Of a DNA stretch of 64,000 bases, positions 51,522 to 63,425 are shown piece by piece (position 1 is the stretch's first letter; each line of letters begins with the position of its first letter). The DNA comes from an uncultured delta proteobacterium (GTDB taxonomy: Bacteria; Desulfobacterota; Desulfobaccia; Desulfobaccales; 0-14-0-80-60-11), in the NCBI GenBank assembly GCA_963812015.1, contig CAWETI010000002.1:992001-1056000 (forward strand), read 5' to 3'. The translations under genes were made by a program, and so were the position numbers. The notes below the pieces were generated by a model. It worked only from the letters and a program-made list of their open reading frames with translations, had not been told where the DNA came from and ran no database searches.

Positions 51522-51602
51522 GGTTCACCTCCTGGGGGTCAATATGGCGGAACTCCGGGGCCGTTGGACCGCCGGAGTTCCCAGCCTCAAGTGGTTACCT
51601 GT

Positions 51603-51806
51603 TTAGATCTTGGTGACGTTTTGTGCCTGGGGTCCTTTTTGACCCTGGACCACCTCGAACTCGACCTCCTGGTCTTCTGCCAGGGTCCGGAAGCCTTCGC
51701 TCTGGATCGCGCTGTGATGCACAAAGACATCGGGGCCATTCTCTCGGGAGATAAAACCGAACCCCTTGGAATCATTGAACCACTTAACTCTGCCCCTTTC
51801 CTTCAT
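51603..51806 (-). CDS. cspA: Cold-shock protein
   Basis: [24 protein letters not shown]. Confidence 0.96.
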   Translation of the reverse strand: MKERGRVKWFNDSKGFGFISRENGPDVFVHHSAIQSEGFRTLAEDQEVEFEVVQGQKGPQAQNVTKI

Positions 51807-52172
51807 GAATGAGGAACCTCCTAAATTTTGTAACACTTATCCCGCCCCAGGAGCAGGACCGCGAGAGCAGCCAGGCAAAAAAAAAGGGAAGGTATTTAGC
51901 ATACCCTTCCGATCTATGGCCAGGGCCCGCCGCCCTGCCTTCAGTCTGACATGCTATCTACAGGTAAAAATTTAACGCACGGGTCGGGTAATGTCAAGCA
52001 AAATAAAGGGGAACGTCCCCAGACCTCCCCCTCGGCCGGAGGGGTGCCCGAAGGGCCCAATCCTAACGATAACCGGGTAAATTTAGACAAGATAAACAGG
52101 AGGATGACGTGGTTGAGGCAGGCCAGGACGGCAGGTGTCTCCCGGGAATGACTCGGCGCCTCCCGGCCCGGG

Positions 52173-53146
52173 TCAATGGGTGCGAGCCAGCAGTTCTTCG
52201 GTGATGGCCCAAAAGAACGTCTTTTCCGGGGAGGGTGAGAAGGTCTCCAGGTTTTCCTGGGCCTTCAGGGTATAGCTTCGGGCCACGGTGCGGGCGTAAT
52301 CCAGAGACCGGTGCTGATCCAGGAGGCTGCGGAGTTTCGGGGCCGACTCCGGGGTCAGATCCTGGGCGATGGCTGCCAAGCGCTCCCGGTCCGCGGGCGC
52401 GGCCTGGGCCAGGGCGTGAATCAGGGGCAGGGTAATGCGGCCTTCCCGCAGGTCGGCGCACACCCCTTTGCCCAACTCCCTTTCGTCCCCGGTGTAATCC
52501 AGGATATCGTCCACTACCTGGAAGGTGATGCCCAGGTTCAGCCCCATCTGGGTCAAGGCTTCCTCCTGGGAGGAGGGGACCCCCCCAGGATGGCGCCGAT
52601 CTGACAGGCGGCGGACATCAGGATGGCGGTCTTGCGGGTGATGACTTCGAAGTATTCGGCTTCGGTGATCTTGAGGTTGCCCGCGTGGAGGAGCTGCAGG
52701 ATCTCTCCTTCGGCCATCATGGTGGTGGCCTGGGACAGGACCTGAAGGACCTGCAATTTATTGGTGGTCACCGCCAGGCACAGGGCCTTGGCCAGGAGAA
52801 AGTCCCCCACCAGGATCACCGCCTGGTTGCCCCAGATGGTGTTGGCGGTGGACGCCCCCCGGCGTACGCTGGCGGTGTCGATGACGTCGTCGTGGAGCAG
52901 GGTGGCGGCGTGGAGATATTCAAAAATGCTGGAGAAATCGTTCAGATGATTGCCCTGGCAACCGCACATCCGGGCGCTCAAGATGAACAGCAGCGGCCGG
53001 ATGCGCTTGCCGCCGCTGAGCAGGATATGGCGCCCCACCTCGGCGATCAACGGCACATGGGTCTGGAGATTGGCCGCTATCGCCTGATTGATGGCGGCTA
53101 CCTCGTTTTCCAAGTCCTTGAGGATACTTTTACCCTGGGCAACCAT
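52173..53146 (-). CDS. ispB: Polyprenyl diphosphate synthase, split by a 1-nt frameshift
   Basis: GGKRIRP, LLHDDVID and FQVVDDILD lie in different frames; one extra G in the G7 run (52580-52586) restores LGGVPSSQEEALTQMG. Confidence 0.85.
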
Positions 53147-53375
53147 GTGAATAAATTAACTTACCTCTCACGGGAAGTCAATTGTTTAGGGGAGGGGGCA
53201 GGGCGTCGAAGTTGGCGCCGAACCGAAAAAACTCCCTGCCTCAGAGTATCTGAGCCCCCGCCCCGATCCGGAGTCATTCAGGGTTATTATGTCAGAGATT
53301 TACCGGCCTGCAACCCCCGGGTGCTGACGCCTGGCAGATAATCCCAAGAATCGCCGCGCCGGTGGCGTCCCGTAC

Positions 53376-54797
53376 TTACCCCTTTTCGCCTTTTCGCCCT
53401 TTCGCCTTTTCCCCCGGTTCTAAAATCTCTCCCACCAGGTCATAGGGCAGGGCCCGGGTGAGGCGGATGGGTTGGATTTCCCCGATCTGCCCGGTCCCGG
53501 CGGTGATATAGACCTGGCCGTCGATGTCCGGGGCCTGGCTCGCCAGACGGCCCGTGAGGAGGTAGTCGCTCTCCGGGCTCACGCCCTCCACCAGGACCTC
53601 GGCCACGGTGCCCACCAGGGCCTTGAGCCGGGCTTTGACGATCTTGGCCTGTAAGGCCTTTACCCGGCGGGCCCGCCGGCGAGCCTCCCGCCGGGGCACC
53701 TGGGGGGTCAAACGTTGAGCCGGGATGCCGGTCTCCGGGGAGTATAAAAAAACCCCCAGGTGGTCGAAACCCACCTCCTGGATGAGGTCGCAGAGCGCCT
53801 CAACGTGCGCCTCGGTCTCGCCGGGAAAGCCCACCATGACGGTGGTGCGCAGCGTCGCCCCGGGGAGGCTCTCCCGAATGCGCCGCACGGCCGCCAAAAT
53901 ATCCCGGCGCTTATAGCCCCGCCCCATGCGGCGCAGGATCTCGTCGTGGCCGTGCTGGATGGGCAGGTCCAGGTAGGGGAGCATCCGGGGGACTGCGGCC
54001 ATAGTTTCCAGCAACTCCGTCGTGATGCGGGCCGTATGAGCGTAAAGGAGGCGAATCCACGAAAAGCCGTCAATAGCGGCCAGTTCCCGGAGCAGTGCCA
54101 CGATCCCCGGCTGGCCGGCCCGCTCCAGGCCATAGGCGGTGGTGTCCTGGGCCACGCAGATGAGCTCTTTGACCCCGGCCGCGGCCAGATTTTCGGCCTC
54201 TCGCACCAGGGTGTCCAGGGGGCGGCTCCGCAGCGGGCCGCGGATCTGGGGGATGAGACAATACGTGCAGCGGTGGCTGCACCCTTCGGCAATCTTGAGG
54301 TAGGCCAGATGGGCCGGGGTGGCGGGATAGCGGGGCTCCGGGGCGGCGTAGGCGTAAGGTGGGGCCTTATGGAAAAGGCGGGAGGCCCCCGCAACCTTGG
54401 GGCGGCCTAACAGGTCGGCCAAAGCGGGAAAATCGTTGACCCCGACAAAGTAATCGACCTCCGGAAGGTCTTTCTCCAACTCCGGGCCGTAGCGCTGCAC
54501 CAGGCAGCCGGCCACCACCAGGCGTTTGTCGGGATCGCCCTCCTTGAAGCGGGCCAGGTCCAGAATGGTGTCCACCGCTTCCTGACAGGCCGGTTCGATA
54601 AAGGCGCAGGTATTGACCAGCAGGACGTCTGCGGCCTCGGGCGCGCCGGTAACCTCCCAACCCGCCCGGGTGAGCCGCCCCAACATGATTTCCGTGTCCA
54701 CCAGGTTCTTGGGGCAGCCCAGGGAAACGGCGTAGACTAAAGGGGGGTTTTCGGTTTTCGGTTTTCGGTTATCGGTATTCAGAGATTTAGCGCTCAC
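53376..54797 (-). CDS. rimO: Ribosomal protein S12 methylthiotransferase
   Basis: SLGCPKNLVDTE, NTCAFI, KIAEGCSHRCTYCLIP, APDIDG. Confidence 0.95.
   Translation of the reverse strand: MSAKSLNTDNRKPKTENPPLVYAVSLGCPKNLVDTEIMLGRLTRAGWEVTGAPEAADVLLVNTCAFIEPACQEAVDTILDLARFKEGDPDKRLVVAGCLVQRYGPELEKDLPEVDYFVGVNDFPALADLLGRPKVAGASRLFHKAPPYAYAAPEPRYPATPAHLAYLKIAEGCSHRCTYCLIPQIRGPLRSRPLDTLVREAENLAAAGVKELICVAQDTTAYGLERAGQPGIVALLRELAAIDGFSWIRLLYAHTARITTELLETMAAVPRMLPYLDLPIQHGHDEILRRMGRGYKRRDILAAVRRIRESLPGATLRTTVMVGFPGETEAHVEALCDLIQEVGFDHLGVFLYSPETGIPAQRLTPQVPRREARRRARRVKALQAKIVKARLKALVGTVAEVLVEGVSPESDYLLTGRLASQAPDIDGQVYITAGTGQIGEIQPIRLTRALPYDLVGEILEPGEKAKGRKGEKG
53381..53412. repeat. Tandem octamer CCTTTTCG x4 at the rimO 3' end
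   Basis: ccttttcg ccttttcg ccctttcg ccttttcc. Confidence 0.7.
54746..54780. repeat. Tandem heptamer GGTTTTC x5 at the rimO 5' end
   Basis: ggttttc x3, ggttatc, ggtattc; same unit as 38618-38794. Confidence 0.75.
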
Positions 54798-54910
54798 AGG
54801 TTATTTTGGATTTTGGGATTGAGGGAGAATTATGTTTTTAATGAAGGGTGGCATGGCCCACCATTTACGATGATCGATCACAATATGGCGGGCAGTATCC
54901 GCCCTGTATC

Positions 54911-54992
54911 GGCTAACATGACCACCTGATTCCTCTCTTGTGAGTGATCTATCGCATAGACGGATCGAATCAGGTGAAGCATTTGGTTAGTC
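54911..54992 (-). mobile_element. Integron attC-like site
   Basis: Minus strand GACTAAC-CAAAT-GCTTCACCTGATTC...GAATCAGGTG-GTCAT-GTTAGCC; the ORF stop codon lies inside the R'' box. Confidence 0.7.
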
Positions 54993-55403
54993 GCCGTTTT
55001 CTTCATTTTTCCGTTTGCACTTCGCAGCTCCATGTCCTGTGTGCTGGGAAAGAGGTTCCTTGCATTCATGCACGACCTCACCAGTTTCAGGGTCTATGAC
55101 TACTTTGTGATAAAGATCGTTTTCCCTATCTATGATTCTGCTCAGATTCATCCACTTCCCTGTCTTACGATAAAGGTCATCGCCATGTATTTGCTCGATG
55201 AACAGTTTGCCACCGCCAGCGTGACGACCTTTTATGCCGAGCTTTCCTATTGCTGTAACAGTCCCATGTATAGTCACGTGAATTGCCCGCTTTATCGATC
55301 CGCAAGTTGGGCACGGGAGACGATTCTCAGTAAGCTGACTGGGACCCTCATCCAGTTCCTTGCCGCAATTGCCACATGTAACCGTTTGAATATCTGCAGG
55401 CAT
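54987..55403 (-). CDS. Cassette-borne zinc-ribbon hypothetical protein
   Basis: CGNCG..CPTCGS, C-terminal HECKEPLSQHTGHG; lower GC. Confidence 0.7.
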   Translation of the reverse strand: MPADIQTVTCGNCGKELDEGPSQLTENRLPCPTCGSIKRAIHVTIHGTVTAIGKLGIKGRHAGGGKLFIEQIHGDDLYRKTGKWMNLSRIIDRENDLYHKVVIDPETGEVVHECKEPLSQHTGHGAAKCKRKNEENGD

Positions 55404-55466
55404 TTCTTGTTCCTTTCGGCTAATCGTTGATTATATGCAGATGCGGACTTTTGTCCGACGTAAATC

Positions 55467-56387
55467 TTACTGGTATGAAATCACCGTCCAGGCATCAATG
55501 GCGGCAAACATCACTATCCAGAAGCTTAATTGGAGTACATACGAAAAACGCCGCCGGGGGGTGGTGAGCACCCGTTCATCCAGGGCTTTGAGGAAATTAT
55601 ACATGACCGCGCCTGACAGGGCAAAGGGGGGGAACCCCAGGAACCCCAGGAGCGGCATCTCGAACACCTTCCAGAAGTTGAACACTGGCAGGGTATAGAC
55701 CCACTTGGTGACCGCCCAGTAATTCCAGGCTTCCCACCAGAGGCCGCACATCAGGCCGGCGGTCAAAAGACACCAGGATTCCCGCCGTTCGCCCTGGGCA
55801 AAGCGATTGATGAGGGAATTCCCCCCTAAAAGCCAGCAGAAGGGGTCCAGAAGGAAGAAAAACGCCCCCCAAATCAGGGGGAAGGCGTAGCGGGGCAGGA
55901 CCAGGGGCACGATCAGCAACACCGCGCCCACCAGCAGGGACACGGGCTGCCAGGGACCCAGGTTGGCAGGCCGGGCCTTCCGGCCCTTGAAGGCCCCCAG
56001 GGCTTCGATGACCTGGGCGGTGAGGAGCACCCCGGGGAGCACCGTGGCAAAGCCCAGGGCGTAACCGCCCCAGCGAATCCACCCTACCGGGACCACCCCC
56101 ACATACCCCCAGTTTTTCAGTGCCAAGTTGAGGGCTTCAAAGATGAGCCAGACGGTGGTGGACCAGAAAAACATCTTCAGAAGTTGCCGGGGCTGAGTGA
56201 GGAGCCAGGACGAGCCCCGGAGGCGGAACAGGAGGCCGTCCAGAAAAGCGATATATGGATACCAGGCGAAGAAGTAGAGGTACTGAAGGATAATGTTATC
56301 CCCATGAATAATGCCCCAGAGGCCGACGGCCCAGCCGGCCAGGGCCAGAGCGAGCTCCAGATTGGCCAGGTATCTGAGATTGTTCAT
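55467..56387 (-). CDS. Trp-rich integral membrane hypothetical protein
   Basis: Many TM helices; WEAWNYWA..KWVY, FEMPLLGFLGFPPF. Confidence 0.8.
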   Translation of the reverse strand: MNNLRYLANLELALALAGWAVGLWGIIHGDNIILQYLYFFAWYPYIAFLDGLLFRLRGSSWLLTQPRQLLKMFFWSTTVWLIFEALNLALKNWGYVGVVPVGWIRWGGYALGFATVLPGVLLTAQVIEALGAFKGRKARPANLGPWQPVSLLVGAVLLIVPLVLPRYAFPLIWGAFFFLLDPFCWLLGGNSLINRFAQGERRESWCLLTAGLMCGLWWEAWNYWAVTKWVYTLPVFNFWKVFEMPLLGFLGFPPFALSGAVMYNFLKALDERVLTTPRRRFSYVLQLSFWIVMFAAIDAWTVISYQ

Positions 56388-56611
56388 GGTTTTTATTGCC
56401 TCCGGTATTATGATAACCGGGCCGATAATAACTTAAAAGAGCCCGAGGCCGGGAAAATCAAGTATAGCCTGCTTTTTTTCTTGCCAAGTGGGAAAAATGC
56501 TGCTATACGGAAAAAATCCCAGGTCCATCGGCCCGCCTCGGGGGAGGTAACGATAAACATTTTCGGACCGGTACAACCGCAAACCCGGACCAGCAGGTGA
56601 AAGGAGTCCTT

Positions 56612-58156
56612 ATGATATCCTGGCTCGTGGGGGTAGTAGTCTGCGTCGCGTTGATGGCGGGGTGCGCCGGTGGTCAAAAAGCTAGCCTGGTAAAGGTGGA
56701 GCCGGCCCAGCCGGAAATGACGGCCCCCCTGGCCGATAACGGTCAAGACGATGCTACCTTGACCGAGGAGTTGAGCGCCAACCGCCTGGAAGAACTCTAT
56801 GCCAAGAGCGGCATCCCCGGTTGGGACCCCAGCCTGGAAGAGGAATTAAAGAACTGGGAACATCAAGTCAAATTCGATGTGCCCATCCAGATGAATAAGC
56901 AGGTCAGAGCCTACCTGGTCTATTTCTCCACCGAGCGCAAAGCGGTCATCACGCGCTACCTATCCCGCTCCAGCCGATATCTGCCCATGATCAAGGAAGT
57001 CTTCCAGGAGGCCGGCCTCCCGGAAGATATGGCCTATCTGGCCATGATTGAGAGCGGCTTTGACAATAAGGCCTATTCCCCGGCGGCCGCCAGCGGCATG
57101 TGGCAATTCATTAAAGGCACCGGCCTGCGCTACGGCCTGACTATCGACAGCTACGTGGATGAGCGCCGGGACCCGGAGAAGGCCACCCGGGCGGCGGCCC
57201 AATACCTGCTGGACCTCTATAAACAGTTCGGCTCCTGGTATCTGGCGGCGGCCTCCTACAACTGCGGCGAAGGCCGGGTGCAACGGGAGCTGAACCAGAG
57301 CAACCACAAGAATTTCTGGGAACTCTCCGCCAACCAATGCCTGCCCACTGAGACCAAGAATTACGTGCCCCAGATGATCGCGGCCACCATCATCGCCAAG
57401 AACCCGGAAAAATTCGGCTTCAAGAACGTACCTTATTTGCCGCCGGCCAAATATGAGAAGGTTCCGGTAAATGAGACTACCTCGCTGACCGCGGCGGCGG
57501 TGGCGGTGAACGTGCCCTCCGAGGAAGTGCAGGCGCTCAACCCGGAATTGCTCCGGGGCATCACTCCCCCGGACGCGCCGTCTTACACCCTGAATCTGCC
57601 TCCCAACAGCAAAGACCTGTTCACCAAGAACATTACCATCGCTCGCATCGAGCATCCGGCGGTGGCCTCCCACCCCATTCGGACGGCCGGGAGTTCCGGA
57701 CCTTCTTATGGCAGCGGCAGGAAATCTGTCAGCCACCAGGCCGCCGTGGCCCAAAAGTCCAGCGGCACGAGCCGGACCTCTGCCAAGTCCGCCAAAAAAT
57801 CCGCCAGCCAGATTTATGCCAAAAAAGAGACCTCGGGCCACAGCGCCCCGGTTAAGGCCAGCGCCGCCCCCGTGGTTCAGGCCTCTTTGTTCGGGACGCC
57901 GACCCTGGCCTCCAAGCACGGCGACACTAATAAGACCAAAGTGGCCCTCATAGGCGCCTCCAAGAGCAAGACCAAAACCCCGGGCGTGCAAGGCAAGAAA
58001 GCGGCCGAGACCCGGCTGGCGAAAAAGAGTGACGTCCCCTCCAAGAGCGCCACCAAAGGCAAGAAAAACAGCTCATCCAGCAAGAATTCCAAGGACAAGG
58101 ACAAGTATTCCCGGTCCAAGTCCTCGCGGACCATCATGGTTTCCGAAGCCCGGTAG
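56612..58156 (+). CDS. mltD: MltD-like lytic transglycosylase lipoprotein
   Basis: Lipobox MAGC; MIESG, GMWQF, DERRD, SYNCGEG, ETKNYVP; Lys/Ser-rich tail. Confidence 0.88.
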   Translation: MISWLVGVVVCVALMAGCAGGQKASLVKVEPAQPEMTAPLADNGQDDATLTEELSANRLEELYAKSGIPGWDPSLEEELKNWEHQVKFDVPIQMNKQVRAYLVYFSTERKAVITRYLSRSSRYLPMIKEVFQEAGLPEDMAYLAMIESGFDNKAYSPAAASGMWQFIKGTGLRYGLTIDSYVDERRDPEKATRAAAQYLLDLYKQFGSWYLAAASYNCGEGRVQRELNQSNHKNFWELSANQCLPTETKNYVPQMIAATIIAKNPEKFGFKNVPYLPPAKYEKVPVNETTSLTAAAVAVNVPSEEVQALNPELLRGITPPDAPSYTLNLPPNSKDLFTKNITIARIEHPAVASHPIRTAGSSGPSYGSGRKSVSHQAAVAQKSSGTSRTSAKSAKKSASQIYAKKETSGHSAPVKASAAPVVQASLFGTPTLASKHGDTNKTKVALIGASKSKTKTPGVQGKKAAETRLAKKSDVPSKSATKGKKNSSSSKNSKDKDKYSRSKSSRTIMVSEAR

Positions 58157-58249
58157 GACTACCGGGCTTCGGCCCGTCCTATCTTTTTCAAAAAAAATCT
58201 TATCCCCCCCTTGCTTTTCCCCGGAGAGTGGTTAAAATTACCCTGATAA

Positions 58250-58276
58250 TTAGCACTCACCTTGAATGAGTGCTAA
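58250..58276 (+). promoter_or_regulatory. CIRCE element (HrcA operator)
   Basis: Perfect TTAGCACTC-N9-GAGTGCTAA upstream of groES. Confidence 0.97.
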
Positions 58277-58315
58277 TAGAAGCTGATACCCTTAATTACT
58301 ACGAGGAGGTTGTAT

Positions 58316-58606
58316 ATGAAGGTCAAACCCTTGAATGACCGGGTTTTGGTCAAACGGATGGAAGAAGTGCAGATCACCAAAGGCGGTATCGTTATCCCCG
58401 ACACCGCTAAGGAAAAGCCCATTGAGGGCAAAGTCATCGCCGTCGGCCCTGGCAAAATGAGCGATGCCGGCGCCCGCATGCCCCTCCAACTGAAAGAAGG
58501 CGACCGGGTGCTGTTCGGTAAATATGCCGGCACCGAAATCAAGATGGAAGGCGAAGAATTGCTGATGATGCGGGAAGAAGACATCCTGGCCGTCATCACC
58601 GATTAG
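58316..58606 (+). CDS. groES: Co-chaperonin GroES
   Basis: [22 protein letters not shown]. Confidence 0.98.
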   Translation: MKVKPLNDRVLVKRMEEVQITKGGIVIPDTAKEKPIEGKVIAVGPGKMSDAGARMPLQLKEGDRVLFGKYAGTEIKMEGEELLMMREEDILAVITD

Positions 58607-58636
58607 CCGCAGGACTTCCCCATCAACGCAATCTGA

Positions 58637-60322
<1,686 letters not shown>

Positions 60323-60427
60323 AACAGGGGTTAGGGGCAGGGGTTAGTGGCACGGGCTTCCAGCCTGTGGCACACCCCGTTCCCACGATTCCCTTCAAAA
60401 GGTAGGGCGGGCACTGCCCGCCAAACC

Positions 60428-60453
60428 GTAGGGGCGGACCCGCGTGTCCGCCC
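60428..60453 (+). repeat. GTAG-family REP palindrome, copy 1
   Basis: GTAGGGGCGGACCCGCGTGTCCGCCC, identical to 61400-61425. Confidence 0.8.
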
Positions 60454-60626
60454 TTCTTTTTTTCCTTCCAGAAAGAGGTCATCTTGGGGTGTCTAATCAG
60501 ATTCTAGCTTGAACTTCCCTTTAATTCCAGGTAGCCTCTCAGATATCACAAATTATTTCCATCCCATTGATAATCCATCCGTTTTTCTTTCAGAGAAACC
60601 GAAAATCGTCCTAAAGGGAGAACTTC

Positions 60627-61325
60627 ATGAACATCCTGGCCTTAAACAGCAGTCCACGGGACCACGACACCAGCAAGACCGAACTGGTGCTGCAAAAATT
60701 TCTGGAAGGGGCCAGGCGCGCCGGGGCCACCGCCGAGACCCTGTATCTGCGGAACTACAAGATCAACCACTGCCTGGGCTGCTACAGTTGCTGGCTCCAG
60801 ACCCCGGGCCGCTGCATTCAGAAGGACGACATGTCGGAAATCCTGTTTGAGCGGTATCTGGCCGCCGACCTGGTGGTGCTGGCCTCCCCCATCTATCATG
60901 CCACCCTGAACGCCCGCATGAAGCTCTTCGTGGAGCGCACCTTGCCCATGATGGACCCTTTGGGAGAGCCGCCCGAGAGCGGCGGCCACCCCCACCGCTT
61001 CGAAAAAACACCCCGGGTGGTGACCCTGAGCGTGTGCGGCTACTGGGACCAGGTTATGTTCCAGGCCCTGTCCCTCACCTGGCGTATGTGCCTGGGCGGG
61101 GACCTCATCGCCGAGATCTACCGGAATTCTGCCGAATTTCTCTCCATGCCCGAGTTTCAGCCCCAGGTGGAGCTGGTGCTGGACGCCGTGGCCCAGGCCG
61201 GGGAAGAAGTGGTGAGCCAGGGACAGGTCAGCCCGGAGACCCAGGCCTCCCTCAGCCAGGACCTGGCCCCCGCCGCCACCCTCATGCGCCTGTCCCGGGA
61301 ATTCTGGTCCCAAGGCGCCGAGTAA
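60627..61325 (+). CDS. Flavodoxin-fold iron-sulfur flavoprotein family protein
   Basis: LNSSPR, CLGCYSCW......C, ASPIY. Confidence 0.88.
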   Translation: MNILALNSSPRDHDTSKTELVLQKFLEGARRAGATAETLYLRNYKINHCLGCYSCWLQTPGRCIQKDDMSEILFERYLAADLVVLASPIYHATLNARMKLFVERTLPMMDPLGEPPESGGHPHRFEKTPRVVTLSVCGYWDQVMFQALSLTWRMCLGGDLIAEIYRNSAEFLSMPEFQPQVELVLDAVAQAGEEVVSQGQVSPETQASLSQDLAPAATLMRLSREFWSQGAE

Positions 61326-61399
61326 TACGAGTGGGGAAGGGGGCCAGGGGCAGAAGCCCTTCCCCACACCCCATCCCCCAACCCCATATGTGAAAAAAT

Positions 61400-61425
61400 G
61401 TAGGGGCGGACCCGCGTGTCCGCCC
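61400..61425 (+). repeat. GTAG-family REP palindrome, copy 2
   Basis: Identical to 60428-60453. Confidence 0.8.
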
Positions 61426-61501
61426 TTTTCTTATTTAAAGGGAGAGTGGGCCCGGCCCACCAAATAGCCAGAGGCGACCCGGCGGGTCGTCATCTCAAAG
61501 G

Positions 61502-62290
61502 TTAATGCTCTTTAAGGCTGTCCCGCAGATCGATCATCCGCTGCTGACTTACCCTGATCAGGCCCCGGCTAGGCCGGTCGAGATCGATAATCACCATAAT
61601 CACCGCGGCGATAAGGATCGACGAGATGATGGTTATGAAGAAATTGCGCAGCCCGGATAGGCCGCAGCCATAGCCTATCAGCCCGGTCGCCATCAACGCC
61701 ACGAAATAGAGAAGCACCAGGGTGATCTCGGGCACGTGGTTTTCCAGGGCGGTAAGTCTCTTGGCGTGCAGGTCAATCGTTTCGTTCAGAGACTGGAGAA
61801 ATAATCCGGTCGTGACCGCCCGCACATCCTTTTCACCCATGGCAACCCCATATGCCCAGAGCTGATTTTGCAACCGTTCCGTCTTGTCCCTCACCGCCCT
61901 CAGCTTCTTCTGGTCATTGCCTGCTGCATAAAAATCCAGTCGCACCTCGACATAGCGGCGCAACAGGTTGGAGACCTCCTGGCGGGTTGGCTCCGGCAGC
62001 AATTGAGCTCGGAGAAAGGTGGTGCCGATGGCATTGGACTCATCCAGGACCATCTGCTTTCTCGTATCATAGCGTGACATCGCCATCGCAAAGGTAAACC
62101 CCAGGAGCAGCGCCAGCAGTCCGAGCGTCGCGCCTTGAATCGTATATATCTGCGATCTCGAGTCGTCGCCGGTGTTTGACTGACTCCGGCGCCCCAGCAG
62201 AAATCCAGCCTCGGTCGCCAGGAGGAAACCTCCGACACTGGCTACCAGAATAAGCCACAGGTCCAGATCATAGAACAATTCTTCCGCCAC
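61502..62290 (-). CDS. DUF4239-like membrane protein
   Basis: LGLLALLLGFTF, ESNAIGT, IIDLDRP..G; GTG start with RBS (start uncertain). Confidence 0.8.
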   Translation of the reverse strand: MAEELFYDLDLWLILVASVGGFLLATEAGFLLGRRSQSNTGDDSRSQIYTIQGATLGLLALLLGFTFAMAMSRYDTRKQMVLDESNAIGTTFLRAQLLPEPTRQEVSNLLRRYVEVRLDFYAAGNDQKKLRAVRDKTERLQNQLWAYGVAMGEKDVRAVTTGLFLQSLNETIDLHAKRLTALENHVPEITLVLLYFVALMATGLIGYGCGLSGLRNFFITIISSILIAAVIMVIIDLDRPSRGLIRVSQQRMIDLRDSLKEH

Positions 62291-62873
62291 CGCGCCCCTC
62301 TCAAATGCCAAAGGTTGAAGGTCAAAGGGGGCAGTGATCCGGCCGTCATCGCCTCCCTGCTCCCGGCCCTCTACTCACCATCCCCGACTCCTAAAGAGAG
62401 TCAACCATCATGTCGTTTCTGGAAATTTCCCCTCCCTACCATAAAGTTAGCCAGAAGTCTGCATCGAGATGTCAGGGAACTGACCCAAGCAGATTATAAG
62501 ACAATGAATGTCTTAAGGGAAAGAACTTTGCCTATTCCCGAAAGCCGGGAGCAAAAGGCCACCTTCGATGTCAATATGCCGTTATGCCAAATTCTCCGAT
62601 ACGCACCGCCACCACGCCGACCCATGGCGGGACGTGGTCCTCTGTCGGTGGCACACCGGCGGCTGCACACCGGAATCAAGCGTCCCACCAGCGGCGCAAA
62701 CATGGGTTGAGGCGGTTGGCCAACGGATAGAAGCGTAGCAAAGTCGATATGTTGTGGATTATGAACCGCATTTTTTTCAAATTTCGATAAAAATGACAAT
62801 TCACAAGGGTGCTAGTTGCCCTTAAAAGGCAGAAAAAGATGCGAAAAGGGGGGGATAACGCCCCGTATTTTGC

Positions 62874-63266
62874 TCAAATGAGGGAGTTTACGCGGGTCGC
62901 CACTTCAATCAAGTTCAAATCAGGGTCCCGGAAATACACGGATTCCAGCTCCCCCGCGGCCCCCGTCCGCCGCACCGGGCCCAGGATGATCTTGACCCCA
63001 AAACGCTGCAAATGGGCCAGGAGGTTTGCCATAGAGGTGTTAACCAGGAAGCATAAATCAGCAGAGCCCGGGGTGGGTCGATGGGCCTTGGGTTCGATTT
63101 CCCGGCCGGCTTGGTGCAGGTTGATCCTTTGGGAGCCCCAGGCCAGGGCCTGGCGGTTTCCCCCGAAGGTCACCGGTTCCATTCCCAGGACCGTGGCATA
63201 GAACCGGCGGGTGGCGTCAAGGTCTTTGACGGTCAGCACCAAATGATCGAGACAGACAACTTTCAT
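62874..63266 (-). CDS. VOC/glyoxalase family protein
   Basis: LDHLVLTV, PTPGSADLCF, YFRDPDLNLIE. Confidence 0.92.
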   Translation of the reverse strand: MKVVCLDHLVLTVKDLDATRRFYATVLGMEPVTFGGNRQALAWGSQRINLHQAGREIEPKAHRPTPGSADLCFLVNTSMANLLAHLQRFGVKIILGPVRRTGAAGELESVYFRDPDLNLIEVATRVNSLI

Positions 63267-63425
63267 GGAATGCCGTTCTGCCTATATGCTCAAGCGGAAG
63301 CCGGGAGGAAGTGATTTCCCTGAAAGGGCGACCCGGCGGGTCACCCCTACTTATGCGGGTTGGGAGGGGGACGTGGGGGGAGGGCAGGGCCGTTGGCCCT
63401 GGCCTTCACCCCACAATCATTTCCC

